From assembly GCA_037308085.1 (NCBI GenBank), contig CP147779.1:1664001-1728000 (forward strand): 64,000 bases of DNA, written 5' to 3'. This document shows positions 55,755 to 64,000 of this stretch, in pieces. Each line of letters opens with the position of its first letter. The stretch's first letter is position 1. The notes beneath the pieces were generated by a model that was not told the origin of the DNA, made no database searches, and worked only from the letters and a program-made list of their open reading frames with translations. The translations under genes and the position numbers were made by a program. The stretch comes from Promethearchaeati archaeon SRVP18_Atabeyarchaeia-1. Its GTDB lineage: Archaea; Asgardarchaeota; Atabeyarchaeia; Atabeyarchaeales; Atabeyarchaeaceae.

Positions 55755-57251
55755 TCATTGCAGCAACTCATAACGCCTGACAAAATCAAGCTCATCAACA
55801 GAGCAAACCCACTTCTGCTCCACCTCATTCCAGTGGTCGTATAAGGGAGTCAGGGTCTTCCCTCCACTATTCTCAAACCTGTTGGAATAGGTTACGATAT
55901 TAATCTCATTTATTCCTTTCATCATGTAGTTGATCTTCGCCGAATCCTCCAGACTTGACTTAATGAAAATGAGCACACCCTTATCCGTTCTGTAGAGGAA
56001 GTAGAACGGTAAGTAGTTCACAGCATAGTATAGCTCCTCTACCTTGTCGTCGGGACATTCAATAAGGTAGGCGCTCATGTTACTAAGGCCTAATCCCCAG
56101 TAGCTTGCATAGGGGTAGATCATTGGTTGGCCCTCCGGACTTCCATTGCCGTCAATTGACCGCTGCGCGGAGATCAGTCTGTCAATCCTTCTGGTTATCG
56201 TAGGTCTTGATGATTCGTAACCGAACTGCTCTAGCTGCTTTCTGATATCATTATGCGTGGCAAATGGGTTGCTCATAAGAATCGTAGCGATCAAAAAGTC
56301 CATTCTATCAAATCTCTCATGGCTGTCAGAGTAGCGCAGTTCTGTGGCTTTCCTTAGAAGCTCCTTGTTTTCTCTGACAAATTCGAAGAATCCGTACGCC
56401 CACAAGTGAGGGTCGAAGAACCAGCGCTTACCATCGAAGAATTCCAGGTTTGATCCAGTTGAGAAAGACTTGAGTTCGCATATGTTTATGTCCTTGAATA
56501 CTTCGCCTCTGAGATCCATTAAGGTTTGTCTGAATTGACTGAGCTCTTTTCTCTGATTGGGTACGGCAAAGCTTGCCCAACTGCTTCCCTCGTATATGTC
56601 CAGATTCAGATTCAGAGTAAATGGGACGTTGTCAAAGAGCAGCTTTTTCGGATAGTCACTTTTTCCTCTATACTCTCTGAGAAGTGTGAAGAAGGTGATG
56701 TAGTGCCTTAATCTGAATGCCGGGTAATTGAGGTATCCGTAAAACCGTATGAGATCTGACCTTCTCAAAGCATGATAAGCCTGATAGACTGCTTGCGGCG
56801 TCACCCCAAGTTGCTTCGCGATCTCGGCAAATTGCATATTCGGGTACTTCATGAAAGCGTCTAGGTACGTTTTTCGAACTGGGTGGGTCCTCTTTTCTTC
56901 CTCGTAGAGGCAAGATACCAGTGTCCTTCTTACGACCTCAGGGTTAGTTATTCTGTACTTGCGCACGCTGTGCAATCTCGTAACCAGAGCCTCTCTTAGG
57001 TTCCTGCTTGTTGGAGTATTGAATGGATCAAAGTAAGACATTGCCAGCCTTTGCATTATCTGCGGGTTTATCATTATATGTTCTTTCTTGAGGTGGGCGT
57101 TGTCACATCTGGCAAGGTAGATTCTGATTAAGGCGAAGAGAACTTGAAGCTCCTTGTTCTCAACCTCTGGGAAAAGACTGTCGTATAGGTTTAGCTGCTG
57201 CGCTACGTTTTGCAGAAGGATCGAGTCCTCTCGCTGCTCTTCTCTCCCCAT
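55755..57251 (-). CDS. Large transcriptional regulator with two Lrp-like winged-HTH modules
   Basis: FAEIAKQLGVTPQAVYQAYHAL...LNYPAFRL and DRMDFLIATIL...SRPTITRRIDRL...YWGLGL. Confidence 0.65.
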   Translation of the reverse strand: MGREEQREDSILLQNVAQQLNLYDSLFPEVENKELQVLFALIRIYLARCDNAHLKKEHIMINPQIMQRLAMSYFDPFNTPTSRNLREALVTRLHSVRKYRITNPEVVRRTLVSCLYEEEKRTHPVRKTYLDAFMKYPNMQFAEIAKQLGVTPQAVYQAYHALRRSDLIRFYGYLNYPAFRLRHYITFFTLLREYRGKSDYPKKLLFDNVPFTLNLNLDIYEGSSWASFAVPNQRKELSQFRQTLMDLRGEVFKDINICELKSFSTGSNLEFFDGKRWFFDPHLWAYGFFEFVRENKELLRKATELRYSDSHERFDRMDFLIATILMSNPFATHNDIRKQLEQFGYESSRPTITRRIDRLISAQRSIDGNGSPEGQPMIYPYASYWGLGLSNMSAYLIECPDDKVEELYYAVNYLPFYFLYRTDKGVLIFIKSSLEDSAKINYMMKGINEINIVTYSNRFENSGGKTLTPLYDHWNEVEQKWVCSVDELDFVRRYELLQ

Positions 57252-57432
57252 TCAGCTGCCCCATACCCTGTGTCTCGATGAGCAATTTCCATAAGAGATG
57301 GAGTTATCTTCGTGAACCAATTTAAATCGATTCCCATCAAATTCTTTTGATAATAACTCAAATTTCATTCTCCTTCAGCGAAATCTCAAGGAGGCAGTCT
57401 TCTGTTCACAAGGAAAGAAGCGTTTTTTGATG

Positions 57433-58530
57433 TCACGGCGAACCGATCATGTGTTGCTTCCAGAAATACCACGGAATTCCTTGAGGCGGGAGCGAGAATC
57501 CGTGCTCCAGCGGGAGGCACATGAAAGTTGTTGGAATCAGCCTGAAGAATCCAGAGGGTTTGAGCGATTTATTCATGTCCTTGTCGTGTTGGCTTAGGGG
57601 GGCCATCTGGAGTGCGCAGCCGCGCTCCTCGCCATCCTGAGCCAATCTCTTGATTAAACACTGCAAGTACCCCTCCCTTTCTGGGCTCTTTAGACTTGGC
57701 GAAGCGAAAATATCGCTGATTACCCATGAATTGAAGACTCTCCCGAAAAACCTCATTTTGTAGATGGATGCATTTGCTCCGCACAGAATCTTGCCAGATT
57801 CCTCGATGAATCGTGCGAGTGGCGAAATAGTTTTCGGCGCCCTGCAGATCATCCAGGCGAGTCGTTCCTTTGAATAGGGATAGAAGAGTGGCATTCCCTG
57901 TAGCGAGCCATTCAGCGCCTCAAGATAAGAGTCAAATTGGCGATCGTTTGCGCACTCGAGCCGTTCTATTCTTGCTTCTCTCTTTAGTCCCCTACATCTT
58001 ATTGAGTTCAGGCCAGAGAACAGCGTGGCTAGCGGGCTGGCAAGATTCACAGGGAACGGTAGCTTCCTAGCTAGGTAACCGACGCTAGCCGTCTTGCCGT
58101 TATAGTAGAAGTACTTGGCATCCCTGAAGCCAAGCCGCCTGTAAATGCCAGCGGCTTCACCCGAAGGGTTAGCGTACAGAAACAGGGCAGAACAGCCAGC
58201 CTTCTTTGACTCCTCAATGGCCATCCTCATGAGCCTTGTGGCAATTCCCTTTCCCCTCCACTTGTGAGAGGTATCCACATCATCGACGATCCCCACGAGG
58301 CGCTTCCTGTCATTGATCAAGGCAGGATGCTTGCAGACTACTAGGGATCCGACAATCTCATGGAGATCTTCGTCCTCCCCCACCAGTATTCCTGAGGGGT
58401 CAAAGTCTGGCATCTGGAGATACATCCACTTCCACTCTTCGACCGTCCGATACGACTGGAAGCACTCGTTGTAAAGCCTGACGACGCCCGTTGCATCTTC
58501 ATGCTTGAAGCTTCTGAAAGTCAGCGTCAT
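57433..58530 (-). CDS. GNAT family N-acetyltransferase (double-GNAT length)
   Basis: WRGKGIATRLM motif A; YRRLGF. Confidence 0.85.
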   Translation of the reverse strand: MTLTFRSFKHEDATGVVRLYNECFQSYRTVEEWKWMYLQMPDFDPSGILVGEDEDLHEIVGSLVVCKHPALINDRKRLVGIVDDVDTSHKWRGKGIATRLMRMAIEESKKAGCSALFLYANPSGEAAGIYRRLGFRDAKYFYYNGKTASVGYLARKLPFPVNLASPLATLFSGLNSIRCRGLKREARIERLECANDRQFDSYLEALNGSLQGMPLFYPYSKERLAWMICRAPKTISPLARFIEESGKILCGANASIYKMRFFGRVFNSWVISDIFASPSLKSPEREGYLQCLIKRLAQDGEERGCALQMAPLSQHDKDMNKSLKPSGFFRLIPTTFMCLPLEHGFSLPPQGIPWYFWKQHMIGSP

Positions 58531-58697
58531 ATCGTCAGACCTCGAATCGCCAGAAGACTACTCCGAGAACATCTACTCAGCAGGAGTGATTCTTAAATGA
58601 TTTGGGGTCGCTACCAACAACTTGTTCAGAGCTCCTGATGCACTAGTCTTTTATATTTGAAGGCTTTAACCGTATGCTTTGAAGGTGATTTCAGTCC

Positions 58698-59024
58698 ATG
58701 CCTACAATCGCTGATTCGATCAAAACGATGGCAACGAAGTTCAAGCCAGACCAAGCCAAGGGCTGGGACAGAACCCTCCAGATCCAAGTTACTGGAACAG
58801 GAGGAGGAACCTGGCACTTCATAATAAAGAACCAGAAATGCGAGGTCAAGGACGGCGAGTTTCCAAGCGCAAACATAAAGGTCACAACAGATGCAGCCAC
58901 TTGGAACGCAATGTCTGCTGGAAAACTTAGCGGGACGAGCGCGTTCATGTCGGGGAAGCTGAAGGTTCAAGGACCGATGGCTGACCTGATCAAGACTGGC
59001 AAGGCCTTCCCGGGTATGTTCTAG
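58698..59024 (+). CDS. SCP2 sterol/lipid-binding domain protein
   Basis: GGGTWH, AFMSGKLKVQG signature. Confidence 0.9.
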   Translation: MPTIADSIKTMATKFKPDQAKGWDRTLQIQVTGTGGGTWHFIIKNQKCEVKDGEFPSANIKVTTDAATWNAMSAGKLSGTSAFMSGKLKVQGPMADLIKTGKAFPGMF

Positions 59025-59273
59025 TCTAAACGATGTCGGCTGTCTGGGCTCACGGCGATCCGCAGGATCTTTTTTGCCTACCCTCGCTGCATTCCCTCTT
59101 TTTTGATTCAATTCATTCGCAGAATCAGAACTAACTGCAAGGCCTCAACTCGTGCAACGAGTGATAAGATTGTAGCCGTTCTTCTTTGGCCCATCCAGAA
59201 AAACTTATAACTCAAAAATCACATTCTCTCTTTTCACGAGGGGGATCGAGAAACGAAAAGTTGCTCCGGGTAT

Positions 59274-60524
59274 TTGGTACTTGCCGTCCTGGTTTTCGCG
59301 CTTTTCCTAGGTGGGTTGGCTACTGCAGGGGTACCTGGATCGGGAAACCTGAATTCATATAGGCAGCTAAGAGAGGAAGCCAAGATGCCGTTATCACTTG
59401 GTGGCTCTCAGCCTTCATTTGCCTATTCTCGTATAGCCACTTCGTTCACTGGTCTGGAAATCCCTGAGGTTTCCCATGCCCCGTCAAATGGTAGCCTAGT
59501 CGTTGTCGTTATAGACGCGCTAACCAATCTCGTTATCCCTGGAGCAAGAGTTGTCTCCTACTATGCACCTATCAACCAAACTCAACTTGATGGTTTGACG
59601 AATTCATCAGGACTCGTCTCATTTCTGAACATAGCTGTAGGCGTGTACTCTATAGGTGTCAATGCCAGTCTCCACTTCAATGAGATTAGTATTGTCGACG
59701 TTTATGCTGGGCAGACCTTCACGCTAAATTTCGCATTGACCTCAACAAGGGTTGGTGACTTGGATATTCGGGTCGTCGATTCAGACAGCGGGCAAAGCGT
59801 GGTTGGCGCAACCGTCTTTTCAATTCACCATCCGAACCACCAGCTAGCTCTCAATGGAGCAACAGACAGTTTGGGGTTCGCAATTTTCAAGCAGATATTG
59901 GTGGGTAACTATACGTTCGTGATAATCATCGGCGGTTACAGCGATACACAGGTAGAAGCTTACATATCGGCGAACTCGACGACCATCGAGGTTGTATATC
60001 TGACGAAGCAGCCCTTTTGGTTGCTGCCAGTCAACTTGGCCGTAATCATTGGCGTTAGCTCTGCGGTGATTCTTCTTTCAATCATGGTTATGAGGAGGAG
60101 AGCGGGGCGTCCGCGAAGTGTCGCAGTCGATCCAGACAGCATGCTACCTCAGCGGTACGGCGAGGTACCAAATACCGCAATCAACCTGCCGGTCGATCGG
60201 GAGAAGCGCGCTACTCGACCTACCTTAGGGGCCTGCCCGTATTGCGGTAGCAGTATCAGGATCGATGGCGCCTCGTTCTGCAAGAATTGTGGAGGACGCC
60301 TTACCGCGACGAACGTTGTTCTTAACAAAGGCCAACTGAAGCGGCCAGTTCCACAAGGACACTGCATGGTGTGTAGCCTGCCCCTGAAGCCAGGCGACAC
60401 CCTAGTCTGGTGCCCATACTGCGGAAATGCCAGTCATAAGACTCACATGCTGGAATGGTTGCACGTGAAAGACCATTGTCCAGTGTGCCATAGACAGCTG
60501 GATCCGGACGATCTGAAGCATTAG
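59274..60524 (+). CDS. Single-pass membrane protein: two carboxypeptidase-regulatory-like ectodomains, TM helix, zinc ribbon, RING-variant finger
   Basis: Two repeats of V.V.D......GA.V...T...G...F.....G.Y; TM followed by RRR; CPYC..CKNC; CMVC-x12-CPYC-x4-HKTH-x3-W-x6-CPVC. Confidence 0.8.
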   Translation: MVLAVLVFALFLGGLATAGVPGSGNLNSYRQLREEAKMPLSLGGSQPSFAYSRIATSFTGLEIPEVSHAPSNGSLVVVVIDALTNLVIPGARVVSYYAPINQTQLDGLTNSSGLVSFLNIAVGVYSIGVNASLHFNEISIVDVYAGQTFTLNFALTSTRVGDLDIRVVDSDSGQSVVGATVFSIHHPNHQLALNGATDSLGFAIFKQILVGNYTFVIIIGGYSDTQVEAYISANSTTIEVVYLTKQPFWLLPVNLAVIIGVSSAVILLSIMVMRRRAGRPRSVAVDPDSMLPQRYGEVPNTAINLPVDREKRATRPTLGACPYCGSSIRIDGASFCKNCGGRLTATNVVLNKGQLKRPVPQGHCMVCSLPLKPGDTLVWCPYCGNASHKTHMLEWLHVKDHCPVCHRQLDPDDLKH

Positions 60525-60709
60525 AAGTGGCTAACGCAAGAGAATTGTCGGTCTCCGCTTAGGTCTGGCGCGGAACGCCTGAAGAAAGGGCCTTTATACT
60601 GGCTTTTTGTTGGGAATACCTCAGGCGCCGTTTTCAGACTAATGAAGATGTTGACAAGAAGTACATGCCGAGCTCAAATCTGTTCCCCCGATCACACGAT
60701 GATGCCGAT

Positions 60710-61531
60710 CTACAGCAGCGAGACCAGGACACGGTTAAGACCATAGACGTCTATTCTCTTGTAGTCGCGCTTCATGATAGGTATCACCTGGGAATGCAGG
60801 ATTCTGCCTGCCTCGCCGCTCGGCAGATTCTTCTTGAGGATCGCAACGAGTCTTTCCAGCAAGACAGCGAGACATGCCTTCAATGACTCATAACTAACCG
60901 AGAAGACGTCAAGAGAGATCAGCTCTATCACTGGCTCCGGTTCGCGCAGCTTGGAATTGACTTGAACTCCACATTTAGCTGAAAAATCATCGACGGCTTG
61001 TGCAAGTTCCGACCAAACCTTGTAGCTTCTTGGCGGCACATTTGCCAAGACGGCATCGAAGATCTTCTGGTAGATCTCAAGCACATCCAAAGCCTTGGCA
61101 GCCTTGTTCACGTCGCCAATCTCATCCCACTGCTGGACCAATTGATCCGCTAGTGCTGTGAAGCTGTGAAAATCAGAGGAAGCCCCCGACCAGTTTTCCA
61201 GGAATTCCTCAGCTTTGTTCCCTTTAAGCTGAGGAAAGGCTTCAAGAAAAGAACCACACAGGTAATTCACTTGCGCCTTGAGATGCGACTCCGGATCACC
61301 TTTCGCTCCTGTAACCACGAAAATCAGCGGATCCGAGTATCGGTAGATCCATCTCCTTCCTTTCGTCTCGAGTACTGAGATCCTGTCTCCAGCCAGCTCG
61401 CTGTCAGAGAAGCTGGTCAAAGCTGATAGAAAACTCGGGATGAAGTCTGCTTCGTGCACATCCCTGCCGTAGGACCTCTCGAATAGACAGCGACCGCTGA
61501 TCCTGTCTATTATCCAGATACTCTGAATCAT
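60710..61531 (-). CDS. Longin-domain protein with helical C-terminal extension
   Basis: MIQSIWIIDRISGRCLFERSY...FLSALTSFS...LIFVV longin pattern; likely ATG 61531. Confidence 0.65.
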   Translation of the reverse strand: MIQSIWIIDRISGRCLFERSYGRDVHEADFIPSFLSALTSFSDSELAGDRISVLETKGRRWIYRYSDPLIFVVTGAKGDPESHLKAQVNYLCGSFLEAFPQLKGNKAEEFLENWSGASSDFHSFTALADQLVQQWDEIGDVNKAAKALDVLEIYQKIFDAVLANVPPRSYKVWSELAQAVDDFSAKCGVQVNSKLREPEPVIELISLDVFSVSYESLKACLAVLLERLVAILKKNLPSGEAGRILHSQVIPIMKRDYKRIDVYGLNRVLVSLL

Positions 61532-61646
61532 CCACTGGAACCCCCGTACCACAAGTAGAGTCCGTTCGTGATAATAAGTCCTTTGACGGTTGCTTGGTCC
61601 GATCTTATCTTTGATTGCCTATTTAGAGGGAAACGTCCGGTCTTCC

Positions 61647-63620
61647 TCAGTACAACAGGGATAAGCGCATTGCGTTAATTACTACTGCCAATGACAATCC
61701 CATATCGCCTACGGCGACTGCAAGCCAAAGCGTTATTAGCCCCGGAAAAACGAGGACAGCGAGAATCCCCTTGACAAGAAGGGAGGCCAAGACGTTTCTC
61801 TTTATTATTGCCAGTGACTTCTTGCTCAGTCTCATCAAATAAGAAAGTTTGGAGAGATCGTCATGCATCAGGGCCACGTCCGCCGTCTCTATTGCGGCGT
61901 CACTGCCTGCGGCGCCCATCGCTATACCCACATCTGCTCTAACTAGGGCTGGGGCATCATTGACGCCATCACCAACCATGGCAACACCAGCGTATCTCCT
62001 CACTAGTCTCTCGATGACTTTCGCCTTGTTCTCGGGAAGCAGTTCTGCCTTGTACGCATCAACTCCAGTGATCTTCGCGATGGTTCTGGCGGCCATCTCG
62101 TTGTCCCCAGTGATCATCTCAGTCCTTATCCCATTCTTCTTAAGTTCGGCGATGGCGTTTATTGAGCCGTCTCTGATCTTGTCCATTACGGCGATGAGCC
62201 CGATTGCCTTCCCTCCGCCCCCAACAAGTATGACCGTCTTTCCCTCATTTTGTATTCTCTGGGCACGCTTGAATGGATATTCGATGGATGAATCTTCAAA
62301 CATTTTTTCGTTCCCAGCGTAGTACACTTTCCCGTCAATTTCACCGGCTACGCCTCTGCCTAGGATGGCTCTGAAGTTGTTGACAGGCCTGATCTGCACA
62401 CCTTCGAGTTCGGCCCTCCTCACGATAGCTTTCGCAATTGGATGCTCTGACAATGCTTCAAGTGAGGCTGCTTTGACCAGAACCCCGTCTCCCTCAACCG
62501 AGTCATGGCGCTCGAACGAGACGATATCGGTAACCTCGAGTTTGCCCTCCGTCAGCGTGCCCGTTTTGTCGAAGGCGAATACTTTCACCTTGCCAATCTG
62601 CTCAAGGTAGTTGCTACCCTTGATAAGCACGCCATTCTTTGCCGCATTCGTCATACCAGAGATCATAGTCACCGGAGTGGAGAGAACCAAAGCGCAGGGA
62701 CATGAGATGACCAATAGCACTAAAGCCTTGTAGACCCAGTCGCTGAAAGACAAGCCAAAGAGGAATGCCGGGACAACCGCAACTATTGCAGCTAAGAGGA
62801 TCACTATTGGCGTGTAGTACCTCGAGAATCTGTCGACGAACTTCTCTATGGGTGACTTTTCCTTCTGCGCGTCCTCCACGAGCTTCACGATCTTAGAGAG
62901 CATGGTTTCCCCCGACGTCTTGGTCACCTTTATCCTGAGGAAACCTTCGCAGTTCACAGTTCCGGCATAAACCGTATCCCCAACCTGTTTCGTTACAGGG
63001 ACAGACTCGCCTGTTATCGGGGCTTGATTCACGCTTGATATGCCGTCAATGATCTCCCCGTCGAGTGGTATTTTGCCGCCAGGTCTTATGTAGGCAATAT
63101 CGCCGACGTGGACGTTATGAGCATGGACCTTCACCCCTCTCTTCCCCCGTTCAACAACTGCAACTTCAGGTGCGAGCCTGATCAGATTTGCAATAGATTT
63201 CTTGGCCCTGTCCGAAGCGTGATCCTCTAGGAATTCTGCCACGTAGTAGAGGAAAATTACTGCTGCGCCTTCTTGACCGTGACCAATTAGGAAGGCTCCT
63301 AGGGCGGCGATCGTTATCAGGAAGTCTATGCCGAGAGTCTTATCTCGTACTAGGGAGGATAGTCCTTTCTTGACTATGCTGTATCCAGGCATAATAGCTG
63401 ATATGAGAAGGAGTATCTCGGCAGGGTTCTGCAGATTAGAGACGAGGTCCGTGAACAGACCTGCGAAAAGTGTCGACGCGGACGCGCCGATCAGAATAAT
63501 CCTCCTGTCCCTCCAGATTGAGACATAAGATCTGAACCGTGAGTACTCCAACGCGCAGGCGGCGCAGACTTTTCCAGCATGCTCCTCGTGACACTCCACC
63601 ATAGCTAAACTAGCCTCCAT
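61647..63620 (-). CDS. Heavy-metal-translocating P1B-type ATPase (Zn/Cd/Co type)
   Basis: TGES, SCPCAL, DKTGT, SEHP, GDGVNDAP, AVGDMG. Confidence 0.93.
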   Translation of the reverse strand: MEASLAMVECHEEHAGKVCAACALEYSRFRSYVSIWRDRRIILIGASASTLFAGLFTDLVSNLQNPAEILLLISAIMPGYSIVKKGLSSLVRDKTLGIDFLITIAALGAFLIGHGQEGAAVIFLYYVAEFLEDHASDRAKKSIANLIRLAPEVAVVERGKRGVKVHAHNVHVGDIAYIRPGGKIPLDGEIIDGISSVNQAPITGESVPVTKQVGDTVYAGTVNCEGFLRIKVTKTSGETMLSKIVKLVEDAQKEKSPIEKFVDRFSRYYTPIVILLAAIVAVVPAFLFGLSFSDWVYKALVLLVISCPCALVLSTPVTMISGMTNAAKNGVLIKGSNYLEQIGKVKVFAFDKTGTLTEGKLEVTDIVSFERHDSVEGDGVLVKAASLEALSEHPIAKAIVRRAELEGVQIRPVNNFRAILGRGVAGEIDGKVYYAGNEKMFEDSSIEYPFKRAQRIQNEGKTVILVGGGGKAIGLIAVMDKIRDGSINAIAELKKNGIRTEMITGDNEMAARTIAKITGVDAYKAELLPENKAKVIERLVRRYAGVAMVGDGVNDAPALVRADVGIAMGAAGSDAAIETADVALMHDDLSKLSYLMRLSKKSLAIIKRNVLASLLVKGILAVLVFPGLITLWLAVAVGDMGLSLAVVINAMRLSLLY

Positions 63621-63822
63621 GGATCAACAAAAGTGTAGGAGAATCGGAAAAGAAATGAACGCCACCTTCGGATAGCTTGAAGTTATTTGTATCAACATAT
63701 TCGAGGTTCCAATGTTACATTATCGGAATACTCGTAGGTTGTCTGTCACAACGTCAAGCGGATCAGTCTGCACATTGGTTTTATTAAGGTTGTGCTAAGA
63801 TGCTGGCGAAAAACGGTAAGAA

Positions 63823-63854
63823 TTAATAACATTGATGAGGTATCTTAATAACAT
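63823..63854 (+). promoter_or_regulatory. Direct repeat TTAATAACAT x2 upstream of the NikR-like gene
   Basis: Copies at 63823-63832 and 63845-63854 (22-bp period). Confidence 0.4.
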
Positions 63855-63869
63855 GAGATGACCTTAACC

Positions 63870-64000
63870 ATGCCGATTGTGAGCATATCTCTGACAGTGG
63901 AACTGCTACGGAGTCTGGATGAGTTCATGGAGGACAAGGGTTACTCAACCCGTTCTGAGGCAATAAGAGATGCAGTAAGAGGTCTCCTTTCAGAATACGA
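63870..64000 (+). CDS. NikR/CopG ribbon-helix-helix metal-responsive regulator (5' part; runs off the window)
   Basis: MPIVSISLTVELLRSLDEFMEDKGYSTRSEAIRDAVR. Confidence 0.85.
   Translation, partial: MPIVSISLTVELLRSLDEFMEDKGYSTRSEAIRDAVRGLLSEY

Overview
Archaeal DNA of about 50% GC. The gene content (roadblock/MglB proteins, small GTPases, longin-like proteins, RING-finger proteins, H4MPT enzymes) suggests an Asgard archaeon; this is inferred from content only. In order: a methanopterin biosynthesis cluster (1-7 kb); a signalling cluster with a Clp1-like kinase, a GTPase-CHAT fusion, a HEAT-RING protein and a roadblock-GTPase-roadblock operon (7-15 kb); hydrolases and MFS transporters; a PhoU/AbrB regulator, an extended NAD(P)-type Mtd, NfnAB and a tungstate ABC transporter (23-32 kb); an intact tnpB; a DUF1998 helicase, a B12 radical SAM enzyme and a secreted subtilase; a decayed region with IS relics (43-47.5 kb); ABC exporter, Hsp20, PadR, PAP2 and Fe-S genes; a longin/pseudo-GTPase pair; an unannotated microprotein next to a double-Lrp-like regulator; a membrane RING protein, a longin protein, a P1B ATPase and the start of a NikR-like gene. 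The most striking observation is that the intact tnpB sits in a 1,261-bp transposase-less element (33571-34831) with 24-bp terminal inverted repeats resembling IS6-family ends and a perfect 8-bp flanking duplication (TGGAGCTC). That is a DDE-type architecture, not the IS200/IS605 or IS607 architecture typical for TnpB. No rRNA, tRNA or CRISPR array was recognised. All protein calls come from motif recognition by eye, not database searches.
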